DNA from: Candidatus Latescibacterota bacterium
Lineage (GTDB): Bacteria > Latescibacterota > CBDEFO01
NCBI GenBank assembly: GCA_965248755.1
Contig: OZ252149.1
Location: 3,264,001-3,328,000, forward strand
Direction: 5' to 3'
DNA length: 64,000 nt
Made by a program: the position numbers and the translations under genes. Of this stretch, positions 1 to 11,669 are shown piece after piece. The notes below the pieces were generated by a model. It was not told where the DNA came from and did not search any database. It saw only the letters and a program-made list of their open reading frames with translations. Position 1 is the stretch's first letter. Every line of letters begins with the position of its first letter.

Positions 1-583
1 TCCCATCAAGGATCATAGCCGCTTTAAGGGCATGGGTTAGGACTTCTGTAAGGGACACAAGGACTGCAAAAGCATCCCTGCGCTCCATAGGATTATCACC
101 GGCTCGATGATAACCACGCATTTCGACATAGTGATAAAAGAAGAATGCAAAGCGAGCCTCATCCCGCATTGGCTTACGAGCACGGGCGATCAACCCTTTA
201 ACATCGTCTGTGTTATCTATGATGATCTTTGCCTGTTGGAGTTCATAGATCAGCGGCATAACGCCCCTTTTTAGACGATCTGAAAAATCGTCTACAGACT
301 CAGCATTCAGATGCCCGGGTTTTCCCTCAAGCTCAAAATCGAAAAACCGCGTCTCAGAGATAGAATCGAGTTGATCAAGGTCTGTATCCGCTTGGAGAAA
401 CAACAGATCGAGGTCTGAAAACGGATCATCGATTCCCCATGTGGTTGAGCTATGAAGAACTACAGCCGCTCTACTATAAAATCTTCCAAGGACAGAGTGT
501 TCATTAAGGAATTCCGGTAGAAACTTATATAATCTGTCTGTCCAATAACTCTCGGTATCTTTTTCCTGGGGTAGCTCTGTCAT
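1..583 (-). CDS. Nucleotidyltransferase-fold protein (DUF4037-like), truncated by window edge
   Basis: Manual translation MTELPQEKD...VVLHSSTTWGIDDPFSDLDL shows a (G/S)S...DxDL MNT motif; AGGAG RBS at 596-600; open to position 1. Confidence 0.6.
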   Translation of the reverse strand, partial: MTELPQEKDTESYWTDRLYKFLPEFLNEHSVLGRFYSRAAVVLHSSTTWGIDDPFSDLDLLFLQADTDLDQLDSISETRFFDFELEGKPGHLNAESVDDFSDRLKRGVMPLIYELQQAKIIIDNTDDVKGLIARARKPMRDEARFAFFFYHYVEMRGYHRAGDNPMERRDAFAVLVSLTEVLTHALKAAMILDG

Positions 584-690
584 TAAGATACTCATCTCCT
601 TAATAGAGGAGTCGCTATATTCCTTGATCCCAATCGTAAATTACTTTGATGTTGATTTGGAAAACAGGGACACCTGACTTAGAGTGAATT

Positions 691-755
691 GTCAGACAGG
701 AATGTCTGACCCACCTTTTTATATATGTCGGTAGAACAGACATTCTTGTCTGTTC
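691..755. repeat. REP-like doublet, family A (CAGACAGGAATGTCTG / CAGACATTCYTGTCTG)
   Basis: Two palindromic units; same family at 7933-8007, 17771-17832, 24456-24478. Confidence 0.75.
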
Positions 756-829
756 TTATCTGTCTTATTTAGTCTATAATCACCTCTAGGCTATTTTGAC
801 CCGATACTCAAGATCATTTTGGAAAGTGA

Positions 830-1585
830 CTACTTGTACCTCAGCACCACGATCTGTGGCTTTTCAGGCATCTCGTCCTTCGAGATATTAAGAGTGTTGC
901 TATCGGCCCTCTTTACGTTGTCCCTTTCCTTTATAAAGGAGTCTACAGTCTCAAGTCCGATCTTCAGGACGTCCGTCTTGTAGTGCATGGGGAGTATGAC
1001 AATTCTGGGTTTAAGTTGGTCTATGACCTGATGCGCTCCTTTGGCGTCTATCGTATAGACTCCGCCTACAGGGATCATAACTACATCGGGCGTTCCGATA
1101 GCTTTGAGGGCTTGATCTCTTAGTAAGTGACCAAGATCGCCGAGGTGGACGACTTTTAGATCGTCAAGTTGAAAGACGAAGATGGAGTTTTTGCCCCTGT
1201 CCTTACCTTCGTTATCGTCGTGAAAGACGGGGACGTTGTAGATCTTTACGTCTTTGACCTGTGTTTCGATGCCCACCCAGTCCGCTCTCGTGTTGTCCGG
1301 TCCTTTTAGCCCGCGCAGAATTTGGGGATTTCCTCTGGCAAGTTGGATGTTGGTGTGGTCAAAGTGTTCGTGGCTGACCGTGACTGCATCAGGTGAAACG
1401 TCGGGCAGATCGTATCCCATGCCCTCTGGAATGGGGTCCAAAAGTATCTGTGTGCCCTTTGATGAGGTTATAAGATAGCACGATTGTCCGAACCATTGGA
1501 GGGTTACGATCTTATCTTCGGTCTGGGCCGCATCGGCAAAGAATACGATAAAGATTGTGAGACCAAGTGCAACGAAGCTTATCAT
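830..1585 (-). CDS. Exported MBL-fold metallo-hydrolase
   Basis: WFGQS, SHEHFDH, HLGD, PMHY motifs; hydrophobic N-terminal signal. Confidence 0.9.
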   Translation of the reverse strand: MISFVALGLTIFIVFFADAAQTEDKIVTLQWFGQSCYLITSSKGTQILLDPIPEGMGYDLPDVSPDAVTVSHEHFDHTNIQLARGNPQILRGLKGPDNTRADWVGIETQVKDVKIYNVPVFHDDNEGKDRGKNSIFVFQLDDLKVVHLGDLGHLLRDQALKAIGTPDVVMIPVGGVYTIDAKGAHQVIDQLKPRIVILPMHYKTDVLKIGLETVDSFIKERDNVKRADSNTLNISKDEMPEKPQIVVLRYK

Positions 1586-1627
1586 CTTTTAAAGCCTCCT
1601 TCGCTTCGAGATTGAAACGGTGATCGC

Positions 1628-1708
1628 GCATAACGTTCCTACTGTTGCCGACGGTCCGAAGGACTGTCGGAAAAGGCGTCAGCCTAAGCTGGCGTCTGGC
1701 TGTTAGGC
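1628..1708 (-). other. attC-like palindromic site
   Basis: GCCTAAC...GTTATGC ends (6/7 complementary), 81 bp, just downstream of the cupin gene; L boxes not canonical. Confidence 0.3.
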
Positions 1709-1742
1709 GAAGTCCCGTTAATCCCGGAGTCCAGGTTTAATC

Positions 1743-2180
1743 TTACTTTGGTTTGCCAGAGATGGTCAAAGGGCCCTTGCGACCAACGTTAGCCCACGTG
1801 GCGACTGCAATGGTTTCCTCGTCGCTTTCGTTTGCTCCTGATATAACCGTACCTGCTGGAATATAAGCAATGTGACCGGAACGTATTTCGGACTTTTGAC
1901 CATTGAGCCAAACAGTTAGCTTCCCCGAGTAAACGATCAGGCTTTCGTCAAATACTGGATGATGGTGTTCTGTGATTCTTGCTCCCGGAGATAAACGCAT
2001 AGCTTTGGATGCCATATTCTTAGTTTCCCAGAGAACTGTACTGGTTAGCTCGCTCTCCTTTGGTTCAGTGAGCTCCGCAACATGGAAGAGACTGACCTTA
2101 AGTTTGCTTTCTGTTCGAGGTGTAGCTCCCATTAGCAGAGCACATACGCCGATGAAGATGATTTTGATATACACATACAC
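1743..2180 (-). CDS. Cupin domain protein, probable signal peptide
   Basis: PG...HHHP..DE...V.SG and G...YIPAG cupin motifs. Confidence 0.8.
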   Translation of the reverse strand: MYVYIKIIFIGVCALLMGATPRTESKLKVSLFHVAELTEPKESELTSTVLWETKNMASKAMRLSPGARITEHHHPVFDESLIVYSGKLTVWLNGQKSEIRSGHIAYIPAGTVISGANESDEETIAVATWANVGRKGPLTISGKPK

Positions 2181-2189
2181 CTCCTCTGT

Positions 2190-2846
2190 TTAGTATTGCC
2201 TTGAGGGACAGAGTTCCGCAATATTGCATTCGCGACATTTGGGAGACCTTGCTTGGCAGGTTTTCCTGCCGTGATCTATCAAAAGGTGCGAAAAGAGGGT
2301 CCATTCTTCTTTTGGCACGATTTTCATAAGGTCACCTTCGATCTTGTCAGGATTTTGGTTTTCGGTTATGGCAAGCCTCTGGGAGATCCTCTTTACGTGT
2401 GTGTCCACCACGACTCCAGGGATGCCGAAGACGTTGCCAAGGACGACGTTTGCGGTCTTTCTGCCGACGCCTCCGAGCTTTGTGAGTTCCTCCATTGTGG
2501 AGGGCACCTGTCCGTTGTGTCTTTCTACGATAGCCCCACAGCACAGCTTTATGCTTTTGGTTTTGTTCCTGAAGAAGCCTGTGGGATGGATTTCCCTTTC
2601 AAGTTCCAGAACTTCCACGTCTGCGTAGTCTTGGGCGGTTTTATATTTTTTGAAAAGCTCTACTGTAACCTTGTTTACTCTCTCGTCCGTGCATTGGGCA
2701 GAAAGGATTGTGGCTATCAGCAGTTCTAGAGGATCGGAATAGTTTAAGGCAGTACCTGAGTCGGGGAATTCGCCCTTGAGTATTGCGATGATCTTTTTTG
2801 TGCGTTCTTTTTGGGCTTCTTTACTCTCCATTACATTACCCTCCAT
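2190..2846 (-). CDS. nth: Endonuclease III
   Basis: LIATILSAQCTD, HhH motif LGGVGRKTA, VDTHV, C-terminal Cx6Cx2Cx5C cluster motif. Confidence 0.97.
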   Translation of the reverse strand: MEGNVMESKEAQKERTKKIIAILKGEFPDSGTALNYSDPLELLIATILSAQCTDERVNKVTVELFKKYKTAQDYADVEVLELEREIHPTGFFRNKTKSIKLCCGAIVERHNGQVPSTMEELTKLGGVGRKTANVVLGNVFGIPGVVVDTHVKRISQRLAITENQNPDKIEGDLMKIVPKEEWTLFSHLLIDHGRKTCQARSPKCRECNIAELCPSRQY

Positions 2847-2855
2847 TAAATTACG

Positions 2856-3295
2856 CTAATATACAGTTGAGCAGATCTATCTCTCCTTGAAGCCCTAGGT
2901 TTTTCTCCTTGAGTTTTTCTGCCTGCAATCTTAGAAGTCCCTTCTTTTCTATCAGTTTTCTCTCCCGAAGGACTCTGTCTAATTTAGCTGAGATCTCACC
3001 CAGATTGAAGGGCTTGATAATGAAGTCACTGGGAAGTCACCGGCGCCCTCTCGTATGATGTCCATAAAGGTATATTCTTCTCCCAGAGTTGCCATGATGA
3101 TTACTTCGATGTGAGCGTTGTGTTCTTTTACTGTTTTGAGGAGTTCTATGCCGTCCATTCCGGGCATTCTGAGGTCAGTTATAACTATATGGAGTAGTCC
3201 CCGTCCCTGATAAGCTGAAAGGACGAATTTCCATCTTCAGCCATCTGGGTATCGTGCCCAAGGGCCTCCAGAAAATCACCGACCATATTGAGGAC
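2856..3295 (-). pseudogene. Degraded response-regulator receiver domain
   Basis: Three frames join to give ...FLEALGH..AEDG / IVITDLRMPGMDGIELLK / SDFIIKPFNL; frameshifts near 3185 and 3030; N-terminus replaced by a REP fragment. Confidence 0.75.
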
Positions 3296-3310
3296 ACCTG
3301 GGTCTGCCCC

Positions 3311-4792
3311 CTACTGTCTACTGTCTGATGACGAATCTGTGTTGCGCCTTTCTGTCATAGTTCCTATGCTCTTTTTTATTGCCTTTCCTCCTTTTATAAC
3401 TGTTCTGGAGACTTTGACTACGGGACTGAACCAGAAGTGGGCAAATTCCGCGATGCCATCTGCAGGAGTAAAGCCGTCTATGTGTCTCAGGACTCTTATG
3501 ACGTGTCCTACGGTCTTAACCTGTGGCTCGTCTATCCTTCGGAGCAGGAACACGGACAGGGATCGGGTGATAGCGGAGAGTATAAAGAGGAAGTGCAGCC
3601 CGTAGAGGGTGTAGAAGAAGAGGGAGATCTTGTATTCGATCAGGACCACGGCCAAGGCTCCGCCTATTATCGGCGATAAAGATCCGGAGAGATTCTCGAT
3701 GAGCTTGTGGCTTGAGATGTACATCGCCTTGTTTTCGTCGGGAGAGAGCTTCAGGACGAGGTTGAACGTGGTGAGCTGCTGTCCTGAGTTGCAACAGCGG
3801 ACCAAGTGTACAAGGAAGAGGAGTATATAGCTTCCGGGTGAAACAAAGACCCAGAGGACGGGAAATATCGCTTTTACCGTGGCGCAGAAGGTGAGTATCG
3901 GCTTGTTGCCGAATTTATCTGCGAGGCGCCCCCAAAATCCCACTGCGTATAGACTTGCAATCTCTCCTACGGCTGCCAGGACAGCTATCCAGAGGTAAGG
4001 GACTTCGAGATATTTGAACATATATACTAAGAAGAAAGGACCGGCAAATCCGAGGCTGAAGTTCCAGGACATGCTGTACACCAGGAGTTTTCTGAAGTCG
4101 GTGTTCTGGAAGGGGAGTCTCAATGTCTGTAGGAAACTTAAGTTTTCACGGCTCTTTACCAGTTTTGGCTCAGGGACAGCCCGTAAGGTTAAAATAGAGG
4201 CGAGGCTAAATGCGACGCCCGCTGCAAAGATGATCTGTAATCCCAGGATCTCACCTGCCGGACCCGCTGTTTTGCAGTAGTCGATGAACAATCCGGCCAA
4301 GATTCCAATTATAATGTCCGAGGCTCCTAAGGCCCTTATCCTGCTCGAAAAATATCTGCCCCTTATGCTTTCAGGAATCAGATCTGAAAGCCATGACACC
4401 CTGGAGACAAAGCCTATGGGGCCTACAAGGCCCGGAAATGATATAATAATTATGAAGAGCCATATTCTAAGGTTGGGATAAGAACTCGCTACAACCCAGG
4501 GGAGGGCAACTATGAAGATCCTTGGGAGTCTGGAGAGGGTAAAGGAAAGGAGGCAGACTTTTTTTCTGCTTTCTATTTTTTCTATTATGTGATTGCTGAA
4601 AATCTGCGTGGAACTGAAGAGCAAAGGGAGCGAGGACAGGAGTCCTATGTGAAACTCCGATGCTCCTAATACCAGCGCAAAACCGACTGTAAAGATACTA
4701 TTGCTTCCCACTATTGCCGCCATCGCACCGACAAGCGCGGCCTCGATAAGCAGCAGCTTCATTCCACGTTTTCGTTCCTGCTCTGTAATCAA
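3311..4792 (-). CDS. MFS transporter
   Basis: ~12 hydrophobic helices; WGRLADKFGNK motif. Confidence 0.9.
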   Translation of the reverse strand: MITEQERKRGMKLLLIEAALVGAMAAIVGSNSIFTVGFALVLGASEFHIGLLSSLPLLFSSTQIFSNHIIEKIESRKKVCLLSFTLSRLPRIFIVALPWVVASSYPNLRIWLFIIIISFPGLVGPIGFVSRVSWLSDLIPESIRGRYFSSRIRALGASDIIIGILAGLFIDYCKTAGPAGEILGLQIIFAAGVAFSLASILTLRAVPEPKLVKSRENLSFLQTLRLPFQNTDFRKLLVYSMSWNFSLGFAGPFFLVYMFKYLEVPYLWIAVLAAVGEIASLYAVGFWGRLADKFGNKPILTFCATVKAIFPVLWVFVSPGSYILLFLVHLVRCCNSGQQLTTFNLVLKLSPDENKAMYISSHKLIENLSGSLSPIIGGALAVVLIEYKISLFFYTLYGLHFLFILSAITRSLSVFLLRRIDEPQVKTVGHVIRVLRHIDGFTPADGIAEFAHFWFSPVVKVSRTVIKGGKAIKKSIGTMTERRNTDSSSDSRQ

Positions 4793-4823
4793 TCCTCAGC
4801 CTATCTTAATGAATGTGTGACAG

Positions 4824-5417
4824 TTACCACTGGGTCAGGTTCTCAGCCAGAACGCGGTACTGTCCCTCGTGAGCTTGGGGCTGGAGGTGGACTTTCTTCA
4901 TGTAGTTGAGGGCCCCGGCTATGTGTTCAAAGTCCCTGGACAACGCTTCGAGCAAGTGTGCTCCCGGCATGTAGAGCACCCGATTGATCTGGGCAGCCGA
5001 AAGATAAGATCTCTTTCCCTCCGCCATATAGAAGTCCAGAATTGACCTTTTCTCCACGTTCTCACGGAATATGCCTGTCATAAAGAGCGTATAGTCCCCG
5101 ATGTGTCTCCTTATCTCCCACTCCCTGGAGGGATTGAAACTTTCATCTGTGACATCGGAGGACTGAGATGCCTCTAAAAGCATTTCCACGACCAGCTCCA
5201 GTCTTCTGTCCTCCGGGTGCCTGATCCGATAGAGCGCGTCGGTGCGGGAAAACCTCGTCAGCATGTCGCAGATATATTCCATTATCTCGGTGTTCCAAAT
5301 TCTCAACTCCGAGAAGCTCATCTTTATGAACCTAGAGAAGAAGCGCCTCAGAGACGGTTGGGGGATGTCATCAGGAGAGCCTGATCCTCCCAAGTTGAAA
5401 GGGTTCTCGACTTTCAT
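4824..5417 (-). CDS. Hypothetical protein (RHIGDYTLFMTG motif)
   Basis: 197-aa ORF with AAAGGAG RBS; natural-looking helical protein, function unknown. Confidence 0.75.
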   Translation of the reverse strand: MKVENPFNLGGSGSPDDIPQPSLRRFFSRFIKMSFSELRIWNTEIMEYICDMLTRFSRTDALYRIRHPEDRRLELVVEMLLEASQSSDVTDESFNPSREWEIRRHIGDYTLFMTGIFRENVEKRSILDFYMAEGKRSYLSAAQINRVLYMPGAHLLEALSRDFEHIAGALNYMKKVHLQPQAHEGQYRVLAENLTQW

Positions 5418-5759
5418 CTTTCATCCGCTCCTTTCAGCCAAATAATATCATCCTTAATGGGGGATACTATAAAATCTAATTCCAAAAGGCCTCATCGTCA
5501 AGAGTTTTCCTATCTCAACCTCGCGCGGCCTCCCGATAGCCGTTGTCATTTGGGCATAGCCCGCAAATTACGTCGGATCAAGCTGTCGCTTGCCAATTCC
5601 TTATGTCGTTGCCAGAAATGTTCCTTAGGAGTCTGCTATTTGGGCAAAGTCTTTGAGATCCCCTGATGTATCGCCTCCTCTGGATTCAAATATTATAGTG
5701 ATAATATCTTATGTAATATCAAATGTTTATGATTGAGTATCCTCTTACTTTGGAGGCAA

Positions 5760-5774
5760 TGGCATATGTTTTGC
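5760..5774 (+). promoter_or_regulatory. sigma54 (-24/-12) promoter of groESL
   Basis: TGGCATATGTTTTGC = GG-N10-GC, ~100 bp upstream of groES. Confidence 0.7.
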
Positions 5775-5872
5775 GCTGTATAGTCGTAGCACATAAGCGA
5801 GTCTTCAATGATACAAAGAGGAGTTCCGCTCTTGTGACCATGTCTCACACAATTCAACTAAGGGAGGTAAAC

Positions 5873-6160
5873 ATGAAGGTGAGGCCCCTATCAGACAGAA
5901 TTTTAGTCAAGCGGATCGAGGAAGGGGAGGTCCAAAAAGGGGGGATAATCATCCCTGATACTGCCAAAGAGACGCCTCAAGAGGGTGAGGTGGTCGCGGT
6001 AGGTCCCGGAAGGACAGGAGACGATGGGAAGCGCATCCCCATGGAACTTAAAGTGGGGAACAGGGTTCTCGTGGGCAAGTATTCCGGCACAGAAGTCAAC
6101 GTAGACGGTGAGGAACATCTAATGATGCGCGAGGACGATGTCCTTGCTATAATAGAATAG
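5873..6160 (+). CDS. groES: Co-chaperonin GroES
   Basis: [12 protein letters not shown]...[11 protein letters not shown]; start moved to ATG 5873 after GGAGG. Confidence 0.97.
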   Translation: MKVRPLSDRILVKRIEEGEVQKGGIIIPDTAKETPQEGEVVAVGPGRTGDDGKRIPMELKVGNRVLVGKYSGTEVNVDGEEHLMMREDDVLAIIE

Positions 6161-6177
6161 AGAAAGGAGAAAAATAA

Positions 6178-7809
<1,632 letters not shown>

Positions 7810-7879
7810 GTTAGTAGACAGTAGACAGGTCACAGCCTCTCATTACTGTATGCTGTCTTACTAGAACCAGAGTAGAAGG

Positions 7880-7917
7880 AAAGCCCGGTGTTATCCAAAG
7901 CGCCGGGCTTTTTGTTT
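7880..7917 (+). terminator. Intrinsic terminator after groEL
   Basis: AAGCCCGG...CCGGGCTT followed by a T-tract. Confidence 0.8.
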
Positions 7918-7932
7918 GCCCGCAAATGGACA

Positions 7933-8167
7933 GGACAGACAGGAATGTCTGTCCTACCAACGATGTAATGAACACTCTTCTGGTGTCAGACATTCCTGTC
8001 TGACACCGTTGAGGTCTATAGAATCGAGACTGCTTCCACCCGATAGATTCAATCGGGGGCGCTCGCAATGACAGTGTAGGAGGCTCGCATGAAAGCTATG
8101 GGCTTGAAATGACATTGTTCACGCTGGGGTCATTGCGAGGGGGATGAAATCCCCCGAAGCAATCTCG
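7933..8167. repeat. Cluster of REP-like palindromes (families A, B and nested C)
   Basis: Family A pair 7933-8007; family B GAGAyTGCTTC..CTCGCAATGAC / GTCATTGCGAG..GCAATCTC; CCCGATAGATTCAATCGGG at 8039-8057. Confidence 0.75.
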
Positions 8168-8220
8168 CTCTATTTTGTACGAGAAATACAACCTTCCCGA
8201 ATCACAAATTAAAACTCTTG

Positions 8221-8249
8221 TTGACATTCACGCTAAAGTGTTATATATT
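8221..8249 (+). promoter_or_regulatory. sigma70-type promoter
   Basis: TTGACA-N17-TATATT upstream of the large surface-protein gene. Confidence 0.6.
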
Positions 8250-8327
8250 CACCCCATATTTGTGCCTTTAGGACTCCGGTCGCCTTATATCCTGTGGACC
8301 GGAGGATCACAAAAATACTTATTAAAA

Positions 8328-8343
8328 TGTGACCCTTGTCACA
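8328..8343. promoter_or_regulatory. CRP/FNR-family-type operator
   Basis: Perfect TGTGA-N6-TCACA preceded by AAA. Confidence 0.55.
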
Positions 8344-8550
8344 AGCAAGATAAAGTTGATATGGTATATTAAGTTGTGTTAATTTGCCTACAACAACTTC
8401 AATAGACTAAATCACTTACTGGAATGCACTATTAGAGTAGGGGGATAATAAAATGAGAATGAAAAAGGATCACTTCATACAGATTCTGATTGGCACTTTC
8501 CTTTTGGGCTTTTGGATGTTTGGATTTGTCCCTTCAGTTGACGCTGCAGC

Positions 8551-9552
8551 GGGCATCATCTCTACCGTGGCAGGAAATGGCACTCCTGAATTTTCCGGTG
8601 ATGGTGGTCCAGCTACCAGTGCGAGCTTGACTTCTCCTCGTGGCGTATTCGTGGATGGATCGGGGGTTATCTATATTGCGGATGTGAACAATCACCGGAT
8701 ACGTAAGGTGGATACGTCGGGCATCATCTCTACCGTGGCAGGAAATGGCACTGCTGGGTTTTCCGGTGATGGTGATCCAGCCACCAGTGCGAGCTTGAGG
8801 GTCCCTCATCGCGTAGTCGTGGATGTATCGGGCAATATCTATATTGCTGATGAGCTCAATCACCGGATACGCAAGGTGGATACGTCTGGCATCATCAATA
8901 CCGTGGCAGGAAATGGCACTGCTGGATTTTCCAGTGATGGAGGTCCAGCTACCACTGCGAGCTTGAATTCTCCTAACGGCGTATTCGTGGATGGACTAGG
9001 CAATATCTATATTGCGGATCAGGGCAATCATCGGATACGCAAGGTGGATACGTCTGGCATCATCTCCACCGTGGCAGGAAATGGCCTTGCTAGTTTTTCC
9101 GGTGATGGTGGTCCAGCCACCAGTGCGCGCTTGAATAATCCTTTTGGCGTATTCGTGGATGGATTAGGCAATATCTATATTGCGGATCTGGACAATCATC
9201 GGATACGTAAGGTGGATACGTCTGGTAACATCTCCACCGTGGCAGGAAACGGCACTGCTACATTTTCCGGTGATGGTGGTCCAGCTACCAGTGCGAGTTT
9301 GAATGATCCTCATGACGTATTCGTGGATGGATTGGGCAATATCTATATTGCGGATAGGGGCAATCACCGGATACGTAAGGTGGATACGTCTGGCATCATC
9401 TCCACCGTGGCAGGAAATGGCCTTGCTAGTTTTTCCGGTGATGGTGGTCCAGCTACCAGTGCGAGCTTGATTTCTCCTGATGGCGTATTCGTGGATGGAT
9501 CGAGCAATATCTATATTGCGGATCTAGGCAATCACCGGATACGTAAGGTGGT
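8551..9552 (+). repeat. Six 168-nt coding tandem repeats (NHL beta-propeller blades)
   Basis: GIISTVAGNG...IYIAD..NHRIRKVDTS x6, near-identical DNA. Confidence 0.95.
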
Positions 9553-9559
9553 GGAGCCT

Positions 9560-10585
9560 CCTCCTACTGTGACGTCCATTAATCCCACTTCCGGCACGGA
9601 ATTAGGTGGTACGGCTGTAACGATAAGGGGAAACAGTTTCCAGATCGGAGCGACTGTTACTTTCGACGGTAGCACAGCCGATAGTGTAGTCGTAGCGTCT
9701 GATAGCGTTATTACCGCTGTGACTCCCGCTCATGCTGCTGACACTGTTGACGTCATAGTCACAAATCCCAACGGTCTTTCAGATACGCTCTTTAACGAAT
9801 TTGAGTTTATTGCAGTTCCCCCTGTTGTGTCATCTATTGATCCTATTTCTGGTACGGAATTGGGCGGTACGCCTGTGACGATAGTGGGGGGCAATTTCAA
9901 GATCGGAGCGACTGTTGCTTTCGGAGATAGCTCAGCCACAAATGTAGTCGTGGTCTCCGCTGTCACCATTACCGCTGCGACTCCCGCTCATGCTACTGGC
10001 ACTGTGGATGTGGTAGTCACAAATCCCGATGGTTAACCAGACACGCTCTTTATCGGATTTACTTTTCTTCCTCATCCTGCTGTAGCATCTATTGATCCCA
10101 TTTCCGGTACGGAATTGGGAGGTACGCCTCTCACGATAAGGGGGAGCAGTTTCCAGAGCGGAGCGACTGTTGCTTTCGATGGTATCACAGCCGATAGTGT
10201 AGTCGTGGTATCTGATACCGTTATTACTGCCGTGACATCCGCTCACCCTGCCGACACTGTGGACGTGATAGTGACAAATCCCAACGGTCTGGCGGATACG
10301 CTCTTTAGCGGATTTGAATTTATTGCGGTTCCCCCTGTTGTATCATCTATTGATCCTATTTCCGGTACGAAATTGGGCGGGACACCTGTGACGATAAGGG
10401 GGATCAATTTCAAGATCGGAGTGACTGTCGGTTTTGACGATAGCTCAGCTACAAATGTAGTTGTAGTGTCTGATAGCATCATTACCGCTGCGACTCCTGC
10501 TCATCCTTCAGACACTGTGGACGTGATAGTCACAAATCCCGACAGTTTAGCAGATACGCTCTTTAATGGATATACCTTCCTTAAT
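9560..10585 (+). repeat. Four IPT/TIG coding repeats (~258 nt)
   Basis: P.V.SI.P.SG..LGGT.VTI.G..F..GATV.F...TPAH..DTVDV.VTNP x4. Confidence 0.9.
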
Positions 10586-11669
10586 GCGATTCCACTCGCG
10601 AACGCGGGACTTGACCAGATAGTCAACGCAAATGCGGAAGTGGCGCTGGACGGTTCGGGAAGCAGCGACGCGGACGGGGATTCTCTGTCCTTCAACTGGA
10701 TGCAGATAGGTGGGACGGCAGTTTCGCTGTCGAGTGCGACGGCACAAAGGCCAACATTTCTTGCTCCCGCGATGGACTTTGCGGAGATATTCTCTTTCAA
10801 GTTGACTGTGGACGACGGTCTGGATGCGAGTCTCCCGGATACGGTCAACGTAGTCGTGGAGGGAACGGGACCTCCTCCTCCTGTACTGACGCCCGCGGGA
10901 CTTAATGCCCTGGGAGGGGATTCGGAGATACACCTTAGTTGGTCCCCGAACACCCAGGGCATCTTCGATCGCTTCATCGTGTACAGAAGCACAACGAGTG
11001 GCTTTGTTCCCACGCCCTCCGACTCCATAGCTGGCTCCACCACTAACATTTATACGGATGCGCCTCTATCCAACGGGACAAAGTACTACTACCGCGTCGC
11101 GGCGTTGGACTCGCTTGGAGGCAGGAGCGGCCTTTCGGACGAAGCGGATGCAACTCCCCTTGGGTTCACCTACGGAGACGATTTTGCCGATTTGGACGAC
11201 TGGATAATAGGCGAGGGTAGCTGGACTACAGGTTCTGCATTAGGGAGTTCAACAGGAAATGCGACTTTATGGAACAGGCTGAGCTTTGCCGGGGATACGA
11301 GAGTCAGATTTCAGGCTAACACTGTAGCCCCCGACAGCTCTAACATCAACGTTATTATCTATGGGAACGGATCGAGTGCAAACTCAGGATATAAGTTCAT
11401 ATTCGGAGGGGACGGCAACACCAGCACGAAGATACAGAGGCTCGGGTTCACGCTGGCCGAAAGGAACGACCTCAGGATCGTCCCAGGTGTTGCTTACAAC
11501 ATTCAGGTCGAAAAGGTGGGAAGCACTCTAAGGTTCTATATAAACGACAAGTTAGTTTTGGAGGATACGGATCACTCTCCCCTTGTGGAGACCCGTGTGG
11601 CTCTGAATACCTTCGCCTCGCACGTGCAGTTTAACAATATTCAGATCGCAGGGGATATAGGGACTGTCA

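Noticed and set aside
5786..5810. CIRCE element before groES
   Set aside because: TAGCAC..GAGT has the wrong spacing and a poor right arm
5723..5872. N-terminal extensions in the ORF track (also at 22102, 36595, 44069, 49387, 54584)
   Set aside because: Homology and RBS position point to downstream starts; the extensions overlap promoters, terminators or repeats
8353..8376. AAGTTG direct repeat as a LytTR site
   Set aside because: The 18-bp period does not fit the usual ~21-22-bp spacing
8551..9552. Regular repeats as a CRISPR array
   Set aside because: 168-nt in-frame coding units with no unique spacers and no cas genes
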